Origin: Patescibacteria group bacterium
GTDB lineage: Bacteria; Patescibacteriota; Patescibacteriia; 2-12-FULL-60-25
Reading direction: 5' to 3'
Assembly (NCBI GenBank): GCA_031082005.1
Contig: JAVHLR010000001.1
Span: 127,251 to 191,250, forward strand
DNA length: 64,000 nucleotides
Part shown: positions 27,728-39,855 of the stretch, piece after piece
How the letters are laid out: each line of letters opens with the position of its first letter
Position numbering within the stretch: position 1 is the first letter of the stretch
Made by a program: the position numbers and the translations under genes
Notes under the pieces: generated by a model
Told to the model about the DNA's origin: nothing
Database searches by the model: none
What the model saw: the letters and a program-made list of their open reading frames with translations, nothing else

Positions 27728-28921
27728 TTACTTCACCTGCATCAACACCATCGCGATATCGTCACTGATTTTATAGGTCATCCGTTGCGTCGCCATGACA
27801 CGAAGAGAGTTCAGCCTTTCGATAGGGTCCGTACCCAGCTCCAGATCCTTCCCGAGTTCTTCCAGATCTGTCGTTTGTTTTTCTTCATCTTCGTATTTGT
27901 CTATCACCCCATCAGTACAGAACAGAAGCTCGTCACCCTTCTCGATTTTAATCACGCGTACGCTTGGTGTCGGAGTTTTTCCCATTCCGAGGGACGAAGT
28001 GAGAGTGGCTTTCAGTCCGTAGTAATCGAAATCAAGCGTTTTTTTGCCTTGTTTTTCGAATTTAACGAAATCGTCTTTGGTATATCCGATGGCGAGGACG
28101 TTGTCCAAGGTTAGGGGAATCTTAATCGGCAAGTCTGCACGGATTTTTCCGCTTATCGGATCGCTATTCGTCCGCAGATATTCGTCCAAATCCAGATTGT
28201 CGATCTTTGCGCCAATCTCCTTGAGGGCTTCTTGGACGGAGTCTTCGGGCGTTACCCGTTCGACCCGTCCATCTGAACGTCGGATGAACGCTCCGCTGTC
28301 GCCCACGTTTGCGATCACCGCATACTTCTCACCACCTGCGGTCTCATGGATCAGACCGACGCATGCCGTCGTTTCTCCCCTCGTGGCCTGTACCGCGCGG
28401 TTTATATTCTGCATTGCCTGCAGTAAAGCAAAGGACTTGCGTGCCAATCCCGCGTCTTTTGCCACCAGTTCTGCTGCTTTCTTATGCAAGACTGCTTTCT
28501 GGTTGATGTAATCCGATCGACCGTCGAATTTTTCGGCAGACATCTCTGTCAGCTTCTCGATCAGCTCTTCAGGCGCCATGGTCGCCGCTTCGACTTCGCT
28601 CAACGAGAATTGCTCTGGGAGCTGTCTCTCTACCGCCTTGCTCGCCAAGTCGCCGTAAGGCTTTCCTCCCAGGCCATCCATGACCCCGAACAGCCCGGTC
28701 ATCGCGTGGGTCAACACATTATCTTGGTTCTGTTCGTTCTTTTTTGCCCTGCTTGGTTTTTTTTGCAGCGTGATAAAAACCCGTGCGTTTTTGTAATCCG
28801 GGATCTCTTCGGCTGGCACTGTATTTTCCGGCTGAAGCTCACCCGGTTCGCGCAATGGTCGGTTCGGTGTTCGTGGGGCTCCTGTGTTCAGCGATCCCGG
28901 TCTGTGGAAGTTGAAGATCAT
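27728..28921 (-). CDS. PP2C-family (PPM) serine/threonine protein phosphatase
   Basis: GVMDGLGG, ANVGDSGAF and FCTDGVIDK metal-binding motifs, in the canonical order. Confidence 0.7.
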   Translation of the reverse strand: MIFNFHRPGSLNTGAPRTPNRPLREPGELQPENTVPAEEIPDYKNARVFITLQKKPSRAKKNEQNQDNVLTHAMTGLFGVMDGLGGKPYGDLASKAVERQLPEQFSLSEVEAATMAPEELIEKLTEMSAEKFDGRSDYINQKAVLHKKAAELVAKDAGLARKSFALLQAMQNINRAVQATRGETTACVGLIHETAGGEKYAVIANVGDSGAFIRRSDGRVERVTPEDSVQEALKEIGAKIDNLDLDEYLRTNSDPISGKIRADLPIKIPLTLDNVLAIGYTKDDFVKFEKQGKKTLDFDYYGLKATLTSSLGMGKTPTPSVRVIKIEKGDELLFCTDGVIDKYEDEEKQTTDLEELGKDLELGTDPIERLNSLRVMATQRMTYKISDDIAMVLMQVK

Positions 28922-28927
28922 AATTCT

Positions 28928-29401
28928 CTACTTATGGTACGTCCTCTTGTGGCTTATCATCAAACCGCGGTACAGCTGTTCCAACAGGACGATGCGCGCC
29001 AAACCATGCGGTAAAGTCATTTTTCCCAGTGAAAGTACCGTATCCGCCTTTTCTTTCAGCTCCGGACCCAGTCCCCATGATCCGCCGATAACGAACACCA
29101 GGGATTTGCCCATATCTAGCCTTTTCGCCAGGAACTCCGCCAGTCCAGGTGAGTCTAGCTGTTTGCCCCCTTCGTCCAACACAACCAGCTCCGAACCCGA
29201 CGCCAGACCCTTCAAAATATTCGCGGCTTCTGCTTTTAATGTCTTGCCTACGTCAGGGCTAGCCGACTTTTGTTGTCCTTCTGGCAGCTCGATTATGGCG
29301 ATTTTAAGGAATTGTTTAATCCTATCCACATACATATCCACAGCCTCTTTCATCCACGATTCCGGGAGCTTTCCGATGACCCTTATTTCTACTTGATTCA
29401 T
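28928..29401 (-). CDS. rlmH: 23S rRNA (pseudouridine1915-N3)-methyltransferase, SPOUT family
   Basis: 157 aa. C-terminus VFVIGGSWGLGPE...LPHGLARIVLLEQLYRGLMISHKRTYHK. Confidence 0.88.
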   Translation of the reverse strand: MNQVEIRVIGKLPESWMKEAVDMYVDRIKQFLKIAIIELPEGQQKSASPDVGKTLKAEAANILKGLASGSELVVLDEGGKQLDSPGLAEFLAKRLDMGKSLVFVIGGSWGLGPELKEKADTVLSLGKMTLPHGLARIVLLEQLYRGLMISHKRTYHK

Positions 29402-29428
29402 AGCTTATTTAGCCCCAATTTAGCACAC

Positions 29429-29457
29429 TTGACAGATAAAATTGAATCCTTTAATAT
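29429..29457 (+). promoter_or_regulatory. near-consensus sigma70 promoter of the 23S-5S operon
   Basis: TTGACA (29429-29434), 17-nt spacer, TAATAT (29452-29457). Confidence 0.6.
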
Positions 29458-29461
29458 AAGC

Positions 29462-29474
29462 GCACTTTGAACCA
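29462..29474 (+). promoter_or_regulatory. boxA-like antitermination element
   Basis: GCACTTTGAACCA against the boxA consensus GCTCTTTAACAA (about 9/12 matches), immediately after the predicted TSS. Confidence 0.3.
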
Positions 29475-29580
29475 CCTCCCTTTACGGATTCGCTGGTCGG
29501 GAGCAATGGAGAACTAAGTTGCAGAAGCATGATAACTCAAACAGGTTAAACGGCTAAGCACTTACTCCATTCGGAAGTAT

Positions 29581-29607
29581 GCTTGGCCGCGGCCAAGCGA
29601 TTTTTTT
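29581..29607 (+). terminator. terminator-like hairpin plus U7 inside the rRNA leader
   Basis: Palindrome gcttggccgcggccaagc followed by gattttttt, about 250 nt before the 23S. Confidence 0.4.
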
Positions 29608-29854
29608 ACGGGGTAGGCAATGACGAGAGGATCCAGTCCTTTCATCAATGCCTGTCGCGCAAGCGGCCGGCCGGTCCTCGACAATTGAATCTGCACGATG
29701 AATCCACGTAGTACTAAGTACTTCGGTACTAAGTACTGACCGATGGGATGTCATACGTGCAAGGCAATGAAAATTAACGCGCGTAATACAATAGCGTAAG
29801 CAATTATCGTATACACCCGACTATCTGGGCGATCCGAGCAGGATCGTGGTTCCG

Positions 29855-32995
<3,141 letters not shown>

Positions 32996-33149
32996 AGAAT
33001 GCGACTTATTTCAAGTCGCTGGATGTAGAAGGTGTAACGAAAAATTGCTTTATTCATTTGCCTTGCACGTACGACCTCCGATAGGAAGTCGATTCACAAT
33101 AAAGTTAGACCTCCGATTCTGTCGAGCAAGAACAGCTTGCGCATCAGAA

Positions 33150-33265
33150 CCGGTGGTTTAAGCGGTGGGGTCACACCTGTTCCCTTTCCGAACACAGAAG
33201 TTAAGCCCACCAGCAGCGATGGTACTTGGACCCAACCCGGTCCTGGGAGAGTAGCCCGCTGCCGG
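33150..33265 (+). rRNA. rrf: 5S ribosomal RNA
   Basis: ccggtgg...CCGAACACAGAAGTTAAGC...GGGAGAGTAGcccgctgccgg. 116 nt, about 155 nt after the 23S. Confidence 0.92.
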
Positions 33266-33276
33266 ACTAATGAAAG

Positions 33277-33298
33277 AACCTGCGCAAGCAGGTTTTTT
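33277..33298 (+). terminator. intrinsic terminator of the rRNA operon
   Basis: Stem aacctgc/gcaggtt with a GCAA loop, followed by tttttt. Confidence 0.7.
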
Positions 33299-33362
33299 CA
33301 TATTTTTGATAGCTTTCTAGTTATATTTGGGTAGCGTATACTAGCAAAAAGTATTACTCACT

Positions 33363-34202
33363 ATGCCACGAAGAAGGTATCGCAGACGAGATAGTTTTGA
33401 GCAGTTTATCGCAGAGCCTTTAGCAGCGATAGTAATGCTTTATTTCGTTTATTTATTCCTTCTTTCCAAATCGGATCCGTCTAAATTCTGGCATTTTGCC
33501 TTGATTGGCATTGGTATTGTCTTATCTGTCGTGGCGTTGTTGGCGACGTTCCTTTTGTTTAGAAGGAGCCAGTGGAAAAGATTACTTTCTCGCATTGAGA
33601 CGACAGAAGCTAGAAATGAGATTACTAATTTCATAAATCGTTTCGGTAAGGACAAGAAAAAGAATTCCTGGACATATTACGATTGTAATTTCGATTACAA
33701 CCGCATCAAAGATTTCCGAAGGAACCTTAATGAAAAAGGTCTTAAGATTTCAGAAAAAGAGTTTTATTCAGTCTTGCGATACTATATCGGACGGATCGAA
33801 TACAACATTACTGCGGAAAGCGTCTCGGCTGGCACAAGAAATCTCGATTCACTCGGTGGATTCGAGTTTGAAGATTTGTTAAGAAAGCTTTATGAGGCCA
33901 TGGGTTATACGGTTCAGATGACCGGCAAGACCGGAGACCAAGGTGGGGATCTAATCGCGAACTTACGCGGTAGAAGATTAGTTATTCAGGCTAAGAGATA
34001 CAAGGGTTCAGTTGGTAATGCTGCAGTGCAGCAGGTCGTAGCATCAAAAAAATATTACGACTGCTCCGACGCCGTTGTCGTTACGACGGGCGAGTTCACA
34101 CGAGCGGCAAGGGAACTTGCTAAGGCGAATCAAGTGCAGTTAACGGGAAAGAAAGAGCTACAGCAGCTATTAAGTCGATTTTTGAAGGAGAGCTGGTCAT
34201 AG
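33363..34202 (+). CDS. membrane-anchored Mrr-like (PD-(D/E)xK) restriction endonuclease domain protein
   Basis: Two N-terminal TM helices. The C-terminal Mrr_cat pattern is FEDLLRKLYEAMGY...GDQGGDLIA...LVIQAKRY...AVVVTTGEFT. Confidence 0.7.
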   Translation: MPRRRYRRRDSFEQFIAEPLAAIVMLYFVYLFLLSKSDPSKFWHFALIGIGIVLSVVALLATFLLFRRSQWKRLLSRIETTEARNEITNFINRFGKDKKKNSWTYYDCNFDYNRIKDFRRNLNEKGLKISEKEFYSVLRYYIGRIEYNITAESVSAGTRNLDSLGGFEFEDLLRKLYEAMGYTVQMTGKTGDQGGDLIANLRGRRLVIQAKRYKGSVGNAAVQQVVASKKYYDCSDAVVVTTGEFTRAARELAKANQVQLTGKKELQQLLSRFLKESWS

Positions 34203-34206
34203 GGGT

Positions 34207-34821
34207 ATGCTCTCCTCCGAAAACCGCAAAGCTCTCTGGCGCCAGAAATGGTGGATTTTGGCTTTTTGCGTCTTCATCTTTATTCTCGTCGACCATTCTG
34301 CTATCCACGATTATTCGGCATGCGCGGAATCTCCATGCTCGTCGCAGACTACGCTGGATATTGCTGGTATGTTTTTTTTGGCTCCGACTGGACTCTATTC
34401 CGCATACGTCATGATGCCGTCAAACTATCAAGATAGATATGCTGACAGCATCTCCTTCCAAGGCGGATTATTATATTTTGCCCAAACCCACGCTGTGGTG
34501 GAAGATGACTTGGACCCATCAATCAAACAGTTCGTCACTCCAGAAGACGAACGTTTCTTCCTCGCTTCGACATTCATCATCCATAAGATACGTGTGCTTT
34601 TCTCATTCCCGTTCTGGATTTTTATCTATTGGTTGCTTTTTATCCGTCTGCGTCAGGCGATCAAACACAAAGCGATCTACTATCCGGTGATCGCCCTGCT
34701 CTCCGTGGCGTTCGTCTTTTTTGGTCTGCTTCTCAAGCTTGATATCGGCGGAGGGACCGACGTCACTTGGAATTACGTATTAGACATTCCGGAAAAAGTA
34801 CCGGATAACTGGCCGGGATAA
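34207..34821 (+). CDS. polytopic membrane protein, unknown function
   Basis: 204-codon ORF starting 5 nt after the Mrr-like gene. About 5 hydrophobic helices. Confidence 0.45.
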   Translation: MLSSENRKALWRQKWWILAFCVFIFILVDHSAIHDYSACAESPCSSQTTLDIAGMFFLAPTGLYSAYVMMPSNYQDRYADSISFQGGLLYFAQTHAVVEDDLDPSIKQFVTPEDERFFLASTFIIHKIRVLFSFPFWIFIYWLLFIRLRQAIKHKAIYYPVIALLSVAFVFFGLLLKLDIGGGTDVTWNYVLDIPEKVPDNWPG

Positions 34822-34843
34822 GTGTATATTAAATGATACATCG

Positions 34844-34984
34844 ATGAAATTTAAAGCAATCAAAAACTCAAGAAGAAACAAAAAAAGTGAAAAAATAATC
34901 GACCCGGTCGTCATCCAGATGACTAATAAATTTATCAAGAAGTATCGTTCACTCCTTAATAATCTGAAGTCAGAAAAAGCTTAG
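34844..34984 (+). CDS. possible small basic protein (46 aa)
   Basis: Hand-translated MKFKAIKNSRRNKKSEKIIDPVVIQMTNKFIKKYRSLLNNLKSEKA. Its stop lies 1 nt before the next ATG. It is below the track cut-off and speculative. Confidence 0.25.
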   Translation: MKFKAIKNSRRNKKSEKIIDPVVIQMTNKFIKKYRSLLNNLKSEKA

Positions 34985-34985
34985 A

Positions 34986-35807
34986 ATGAATATTATGCTC
35001 GGCCATCTCATCTACAACTACCAACACCTCGACGACGTCCGCATACAGCAGGAGATCTCCAAGAATCTCTATGCTAGAGCCTTCGACAAAGTTCATTTAG
35101 TCCATGCCTACAACGGAAAGGCTGAATTTGGCTACAAACCCCATATCGAGGATAAGCTCATCAAAATCAAGAACCGTGGCCACTTCAAAGGCGCGGCTGA
35201 TCTTATCAACGCAGGGCTGAAATACTTCACGACCAAGAAGATCCCTGGACTCAAATATGTTCTGGTCACCGCGGCCGACACCTGGCTTCTTGATGCTGAC
35301 TTCCTAAAGAGCCTCATCGAGCAGATGCAGAGAGAGGGGAAGGTCTTGGCTGCAAGCTCTTGGGGTCGCTCAAAATATCCCGAAAAACCGACCGGCTTTT
35401 CGACTGACTTCTTCATCATCGACATCGAATGGAACCGCACATCAAAACTATTTCCAGTCGACTACGATGGATTCGCCGAAAAGTTTCTCGACGTCTTCGC
35501 TCTCCAATACATCATGCCGACCCTCGAAGGTGCAGTGCAGTTCTCCTTCCAGAAATATTTCTTGACGCATTACGTCGATAATCAGACATGGATCCAACGC
35601 GAGAAAATGTTCCGTCGTATAAGCGAACGCGAACCGGTCCATTCTCCGACAGGAGGGCGCATCTCTGACTGGCCCGAGATCGGACTTTATACTTCGCCCG
35701 AGCCGACGAGTAAACAGAAAGTACTCAAGAAACTTGGCTACGATTTCGGCGTACATAGTCACAAATTAATCACTATCAAAGATCTGGGTTACTACAATAA
35801 AGTCTGA
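34986..35807 (+). CDS. hypothetical protein
   Basis: 273-codon ORF. A weak GT-A-like impression (VLVTAADTW, DFFIID) is not enough for a call. Confidence 0.4.
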   Translation: MNIMLGHLIYNYQHLDDVRIQQEISKNLYARAFDKVHLVHAYNGKAEFGYKPHIEDKLIKIKNRGHFKGAADLINAGLKYFTTKKIPGLKYVLVTAADTWLLDADFLKSLIEQMQREGKVLAASSWGRSKYPEKPTGFSTDFFIIDIEWNRTSKLFPVDYDGFAEKFLDVFALQYIMPTLEGAVQFSFQKYFLTHYVDNQTWIQREKMFRRISEREPVHSPTGGRISDWPEIGLYTSPEPTSKQKVLKKLGYDFGVHSHKLITIKDLGYYNKV

Positions 35808-35814
35808 CGCAAAA

Positions 35815-35846
35815 GAAAACCGCACCCGACGAGCAGTCGAATGCGG
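35815..35846 (-). repeat. diverged copy of the CCGCACCCGAC...GCGG terminator module
   Basis: gaaaaccgcacccgac-gagca-gtcgaatgcgg. It shares the 5' 16 nt with the modules at 37926, 38841 and 39797. Confidence 0.5.
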
Positions 35847-35873
35847 AAATGAGGGCGTGACACGCGAACCGGG

Positions 35874-36293
35874 TCACCAGTCATCGCCGTAGATCCTCTT
35901 CAGGATGGCGTATACCTCGCCCCACCATTGGTGAAGTCCGCGGTCGTAGAGGTACTCGCCATCATCTGGCGACAATATGACATGGCAGCCCGGGGAGTTG
36001 TGCCGGTCAGAGCTGATGCGGATGAATTCCGGCATCATGAGCTCGATGACCTCGTTCGGCACGCCTGGGTCGCTCCAGATGCCGACCATGAGCGTGCCCA
36101 GACATCGACGCTGCGCCGCATCGGCCATGACCTTGAGCAAGCCGCTGGCGTCTTTCGCGTCGATGAAGGGTTGAATCTCTTCTCGTGCGATGGCAGCCGA
36201 ATCGGTCATGCTGTCGTTCAGATCGTAGTCCTCATCCTCGGCTGCAATCGCGTCGAACTTAGCCATCATCTCCTCGAATTCAACGTTTTCCAT
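35874..36293 (-). CDS. acidic hypothetical protein (139 aa)
   Basis: Track ORF 35874..36422. The Met at 36293 (MENVEFEEMM...) is the likely start, because the upstream part overlaps the 36280..36462 gene. Confidence 0.4.
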   Translation of the reverse strand: MENVEFEEMMAKFDAIAAEDEDYDLNDSMTDSAAIAREEIQPFIDAKDASGLLKVMADAAQRRCLGTLMVGIWSDPGVPNEVIELMMPEFIRISSDRHNSPGCHVILSPDDGEYLYDRGLHQWWGEVYAILKRIYGDDW

Positions 36294-36462
36294 TTTTGAG
36301 CTCCTTGAGTATCTCGTTGACCTTGTCCAAAGCTTCGCGCAATTTGCGAAGCTCATCAGCTTGGGGACTTTTGTCCAGAGCCGTGATTTCTTTCTCGGTG
36401 TAATGCCGAGGGATCGCGGCAATCGAATGCTCGTTCATCCTATTTCCTTTTTGAATGTACAT
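36280..36462 (-). CDS. small hypothetical protein (52-60 aa)
   Basis: 60-codon ORF overlapping the start of the next gene by 14 nt, which suggests translational coupling. Confidence 0.35.
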   Translation of the reverse strand: MYIQKGNRMNEHSIAAIPRHYTEKEITALDKSPQADELRKLREALDKVNEILKELKNGKR

Positions 36463-36534
36463 TTATGTTTCCGTCCGAATAGACGACTTTCGTCATCGTC
36501 TCGGATGGGAAGCCGCTTCAGACGAAGCAGCTTG

Positions 36535-37038
36535 TTAGTGTTTGGCGAGTGCCTGACACACCCGCCGATACTCGCGCACCGTGACGCCATTCAGGTCATC
36601 CACCAGCGCGAGTCGGTTAAGATCGTCCAGGACCGACTCGTCGTATCGGGCGACTCGATAACCAGTCCTGTTATTGAGTCCCTCGGCCAACTGGAGACGA
36701 AGCCGTGATTTACGCTCCGCCAGTTTTTGGCGAAGACTCGCTTTTCGTGATGCGACCGCCTTGATCAGAGCTGTCTTCGCAAGATAAATCACGAAGATCA
36801 GAACGCCGATCGGTAGCCCTACTGGCCACAATAGCGTGCCTATCACTACAAGCGGAAAGTAGTCCCAGTCGCATGGATGAGCCCACCGATCTAAACACGC
36901 CATGAGCGCGTACGCGACGGACAGGTACACCACGATAGTACTTACCGTCACAAGGGCAGGAACCATTTTTCTCCTCTTAACCGGATTTCCCTCCGGCTGG
37001 GTTTGTTTGGAAGGTTCGATACTTTCTGAAACCAGCAT
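36535..37038 (-). CDS. membrane protein, unknown function
   Basis: Three TM helices followed by a basic helical tail. Confidence 0.45.
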   Translation of the reverse strand: MLVSESIEPSKQTQPEGNPVKRRKMVPALVTVSTIVVYLSVAYALMACLDRWAHPCDWDYFPLVVIGTLLWPVGLPIGVLIFVIYLAKTALIKAVASRKASLRQKLAERKSRLRLQLAEGLNNRTGYRVARYDESVLDDLNRLALVDDLNGVTVREYRRVCQALAKH

Positions 37039-37108
37039 AACCTAAATTGACAAAAGTGTTATTTGGTACTATGATTTTAGCAAAAGATTACCTATTTTTT
37101 AGCTTAAA

Positions 37109-37912
37109 ATGAATAAAAAAATGTCGAAACAAAATCCACAACAATTGCTAGAAACAGCGTTAGAAGACATTGGTTTATCCGAAAAAGAGCAAAAAGTTTA
37201 TTTGGAATTGCTTAAAATTGGAACCGGAAAAGCTGGTATTTTAGCCAAAAAAACCGAATTGAACCGGACATCGGTCTACGATATTCTCGAATCATTAAGC
37301 CGCAAGGGGATCATCTCTAGTTATCGCAAAGGCTCTCAAACCTTCTTCAGTGCCACGGATCCACGCCGGCTTCTCTCATATCTTGAGCAGGAGAAAGCAG
37401 ATAGAGTAGCTCGTATTGAGGCGAACAAACTCCGGCTCGAAGCACTACTGCCGCAGTTCATCTCTTTGCAGGACATCTCGTCTAACCGACCCAAGGTCCA
37501 ATTCTTCGAGGGCGAAAAGGGAATGTCGGAAGCGTACGAAGACACTTTGGAATCGCGCGGCCCAATCTTTGCCTACGCCAACGTCGCAACTATGCACGAA
37601 GGTTTGCCCAACTTTTTTCCGCAATATTACAAACGGCGTGCGGCCAAGAAAATTTTCATCCGCGCAATTTGCCCGCAAAATGAAATGACTCTTGAACGCC
37701 ACAAATATGACCAGGAGGAAATGCGAGAAATTCGGTTTCTCCCGAATGCTGAAATTACTTTCTCGCCCGAGGTAAATATCTACAATAATAAGATGCTAAT
37801 TGCTTCTTGGAACGAGAAGATGGCTATCATTATAGAATCCAAAGAACTTTCAGATCTGCAGAAGTTGACCTTCGAGCTTGTCTGGCAATCGCTGCCTCGC
37901 ACAAATCCATAA
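37109..37912 (+). CDS. TrmB-family transcriptional regulator
   Basis: N-terminal wHTH LSEKEQKVYLELLKIGTGKAGILAKKTELNRTSVYDILESLSRKGIIS. A paralogue lies at 57876..58637. Confidence 0.7.
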   Translation: MNKKMSKQNPQQLLETALEDIGLSEKEQKVYLELLKIGTGKAGILAKKTELNRTSVYDILESLSRKGIISSYRKGSQTFFSATDPRRLLSYLEQEKADRVARIEANKLRLEALLPQFISLQDISSNRPKVQFFEGEKGMSEAYEDTLESRGPIFAYANVATMHEGLPNFFPQYYKRRAAKKIFIRAICPQNEMTLERHKYDQEEMREIRFLPNAEITFSPEVNIYNNKMLIASWNEKMAIIIESKELSDLQKLTFELVWQSLPRTNP

Positions 37913-37925
37913 TTTTCCAAATCAT

Positions 37926-37981
37926 AAAACCGCACCCGACCGAGGAGCCGTGTGCGGCTTTGGTCAGAGTGCGGTTGAGGT
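37926..37981 (-). repeat. conserved post-stop terminator module (copy B)
   Basis: aaaaccgcacccgaccgaggagccgtgtgcggctttggtcagagtgcggttgaggtc, abutting the TAG stop at 37982-37984. About 90% identical to copy D. Confidence 0.75.
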
Positions 37982-38824
37982 CTATTCGACCTTGGTGATG
38001 AGGCTTGGGATGAAGTCGATACCCAACTCCCTTTTGGCGTTCAAGAGTACGCTGACCCAAAGGTCGTATGGGATGATCCTGGTCAGGAAGGTGAGTCGGT
38101 TGCGCGTACACGGACGGCGCTTGCTGGCCCACGCAAGCCAGTCCTTGCTCTCAAGCGCATCCGCATCGACCAACCTCACGTTATTTGGCCCTTCGGTCAG
38201 GAACGAGAACTCCGGATAGAGATCGGCATAACTTCTGAAATAACGCGCATAGAAGACCGGTGCGATCGGCACCTCTCCGTACCCCGTCGTCACTGTATGA
38301 GCGAAGGCGAGGTTACCGGAGGCGAGTTCGTGCAGTGCCTCGCACATCCCATCGAATTTGTCGGCGAACTGCATGAGGCGACATTCTAAGCTTTTCCTCT
38401 CGTATACGTCGAGCAGAAGCGCGCGATAGCTGTACCCGCCGAGCGTCTTGGGGAAACGTTCCGCTAACTCATCTATCGCAGCAAGCTCGTCTCGTTTCAG
38501 CTCGGCGAGTTGTTGGGGCGTCATGTTGGCCTTGTCTCCGGCCTGTGGGTCGCCAGTGATGATCTCATGGTCGTCATGCACCAGCGCCAGTGCTTCGGCG
38601 AAGGTCGCATCCAATTCGATCGATTGATCCTTGGCGCTTCGCAGCAGGAATCGCGTGATCGTATACACGCGTAAAGCGTGTACAGCATCATTCGACCGAT
38701 AGAACATCGGATTGAAGATGTGGAATCGTGTGACCCTCTGGAGCGCTTCTTCACGCCCCGGAAACCGTGCTAGTTCGTCGAGTAAAGAGCTTCGCATGGC
38801 GTCATCTTGGGTCAATCCAGCCAA
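37982..38824 (-). CDS. HD-domain phosphohydrolase (YfbR-like 5'-nucleotidase pattern)
   Basis: H...HD...D pattern: AVHALRVYTI, ALALVHDDHEIITGDP, QFADKFD. Confidence 0.55.
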   Translation of the reverse strand: MAGLTQDDAMRSSLLDELARFPGREEALQRVTRFHIFNPMFYRSNDAVHALRVYTITRFLLRSAKDQSIELDATFAEALALVHDDHEIITGDPQAGDKANMTPQQLAELKRDELAAIDELAERFPKTLGGYSYRALLLDVYERKSLECRLMQFADKFDGMCEALHELASGNLAFAHTVTTGYGEVPIAPVFYARYFRSYADLYPEFSFLTEGPNNVRLVDADALESKDWLAWASKRRPCTRNRLTFLTRIIPYDLWVSVLLNAKRELGIDFIPSLITKVE

Positions 38825-38840
38825 AAGGTCAATATAATCG

Positions 38841-38897
38841 AAAACCGCACCCGACCGAGAGGCCGTGTGCGGCTTGCTATGAGTGGAGAAGTCGAAG
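38841..38897 (-). repeat. conserved post-stop terminator module (copy C)
   Basis: aaaaccgcacccgaccgagaggccgtgtgcggcttgctatgagtgg..., ending at the TGA stop (38898-38900). Confidence 0.7.
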
Positions 38898-39707
38898 TCA
38901 GGACTTGGGGCGTCTGCAAGCAGTGCAGATTACAGCCCTAGGCCCCTTAGATCCGTCTCCAGTGAACTTGGTACCGCAATGGATGCAGTAGCGCTCAGTC
39001 TGCAGAAGAATTTCCTGACAGTCGAAGCAACGATGCCTCTTCAGCACCCTGGGATGCTTCTGCGCTCCGCATATGGAGCAGAAGTGCGGCTCTGCTTGAA
39101 GATGCTTGAGAGGCACGTGTCTTGCAGAGGCGGCAGCGAACTGCTGCAGGAGCTCACCGACGGCCAACAGAAGCCAGAAGGTACCGTGCTCATTTCGGAA
39201 GACTTGGGTCGAGTCCAACCTGGATTCGGCAAAGGCGATGAACTTGAGCATTTTACTTTTATGCTCTGACCATCTCTTGCCATCAGGTAGGGGCACAGCA
39301 CAGAACGGATGTGCGTGGGTTGTTGGTGGGGCGTAGACAAGGATGAGGTTGCTTCCGCGTAACATAATGAGCCTCTGGGTCTCGACCTCCATCGTATGGA
39401 CGTTCAGATGGTCTCCGCCGTTGTGGCCTAGGAAAACGTATCTCCCAACACCACATTGACTGACGATGCAACCAGGACGCACACCGTTCTCGCGGATCAT
39501 TCGTATTTCTCTAAGCCTGTGGTGGCTTGTGCCGGAAACCCCAGCTTCAGCGACTTCACAAGGCAGGTCTGGATTCCTTTCGCACTTCCTTGCCGCGATT
39601 GCATCTTCGAGCAGTGTGGAGAGACCTTGCTTGGTCACTCCATCCAGCACGTCCAGACCGAGGATTGCTGCATAGTTTAACTGCGCTTGTGTTGGTTTCA
39701 TTTTCAC
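38898..39707 (-). CDS. hypothetical protein with C-terminal tandem zinc-ribbon motifs
   Basis: The last 60 aa contain CSICG, CFDC, CIHCG and CTAC pairs. Confidence 0.45.
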   Translation of the reverse strand: MKMKPTQAQLNYAAILGLDVLDGVTKQGLSTLLEDAIAARKCERNPDLPCEVAEAGVSGTSHHRLREIRMIRENGVRPGCIVSQCGVGRYVFLGHNGGDHLNVHTMEVETQRLIMLRGSNLILVYAPPTTHAHPFCAVPLPDGKRWSEHKSKMLKFIAFAESRLDSTQVFRNEHGTFWLLLAVGELLQQFAAASARHVPLKHLQAEPHFCSICGAQKHPRVLKRHRCFDCQEILLQTERYCIHCGTKFTGDGSKGPRAVICTACRRPKS

Positions 39708-39796
39708 CTTTTCGCATGAGAATGAACAATCTGTTGTGGAGAAAGCTAAGCAGAATTATTAAGTAATGTCAATTGATTCTACCCACGAAGCAATCG

Positions 39797-39855
39797 AAAA
39801 CCGCACCCGACCGAGGAGCCGTGTGCGGCTTGGTTGGAGTGCGGTTGGGGCGGTT
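39797..39855 (-). repeat. conserved post-stop terminator module (copy D)
   Basis: aaaaccgcacccgaccgaggagccgtgtgcggcttggttggagtgcggttggggcggtt, abutting the TGA stop at 39856-39858. Confidence 0.75.

Noticed and set aside
29471-29483. ACCACCTCCCTTT resembling the 16S 3' end (GATCACCTCCTT), a possible relic of a lost 16S gene
   Set aside because: The match is too short and it sits only about 10 nt after the predicted TSS. No other 16S-like sequence lies upstream, because rlmH ends at 29401.
35815-39855. Integron-like gene-cassette array (repeated modules as attC sites)
   Set aside because: No integrase or attI is present in the window. The modules look like hairpin plus U-run terminators on the coding strand and lack the R''/L''-L'/R' architecture of attC. 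I kept it only as a repeated-terminator observation.
35815-39855. CRISPR array
   Set aside because: The repeats are about 900 bp apart and the intervening DNA encodes full-length proteins. No short regularly spaced repeats occur anywhere in the window, and no cas genes were seen.
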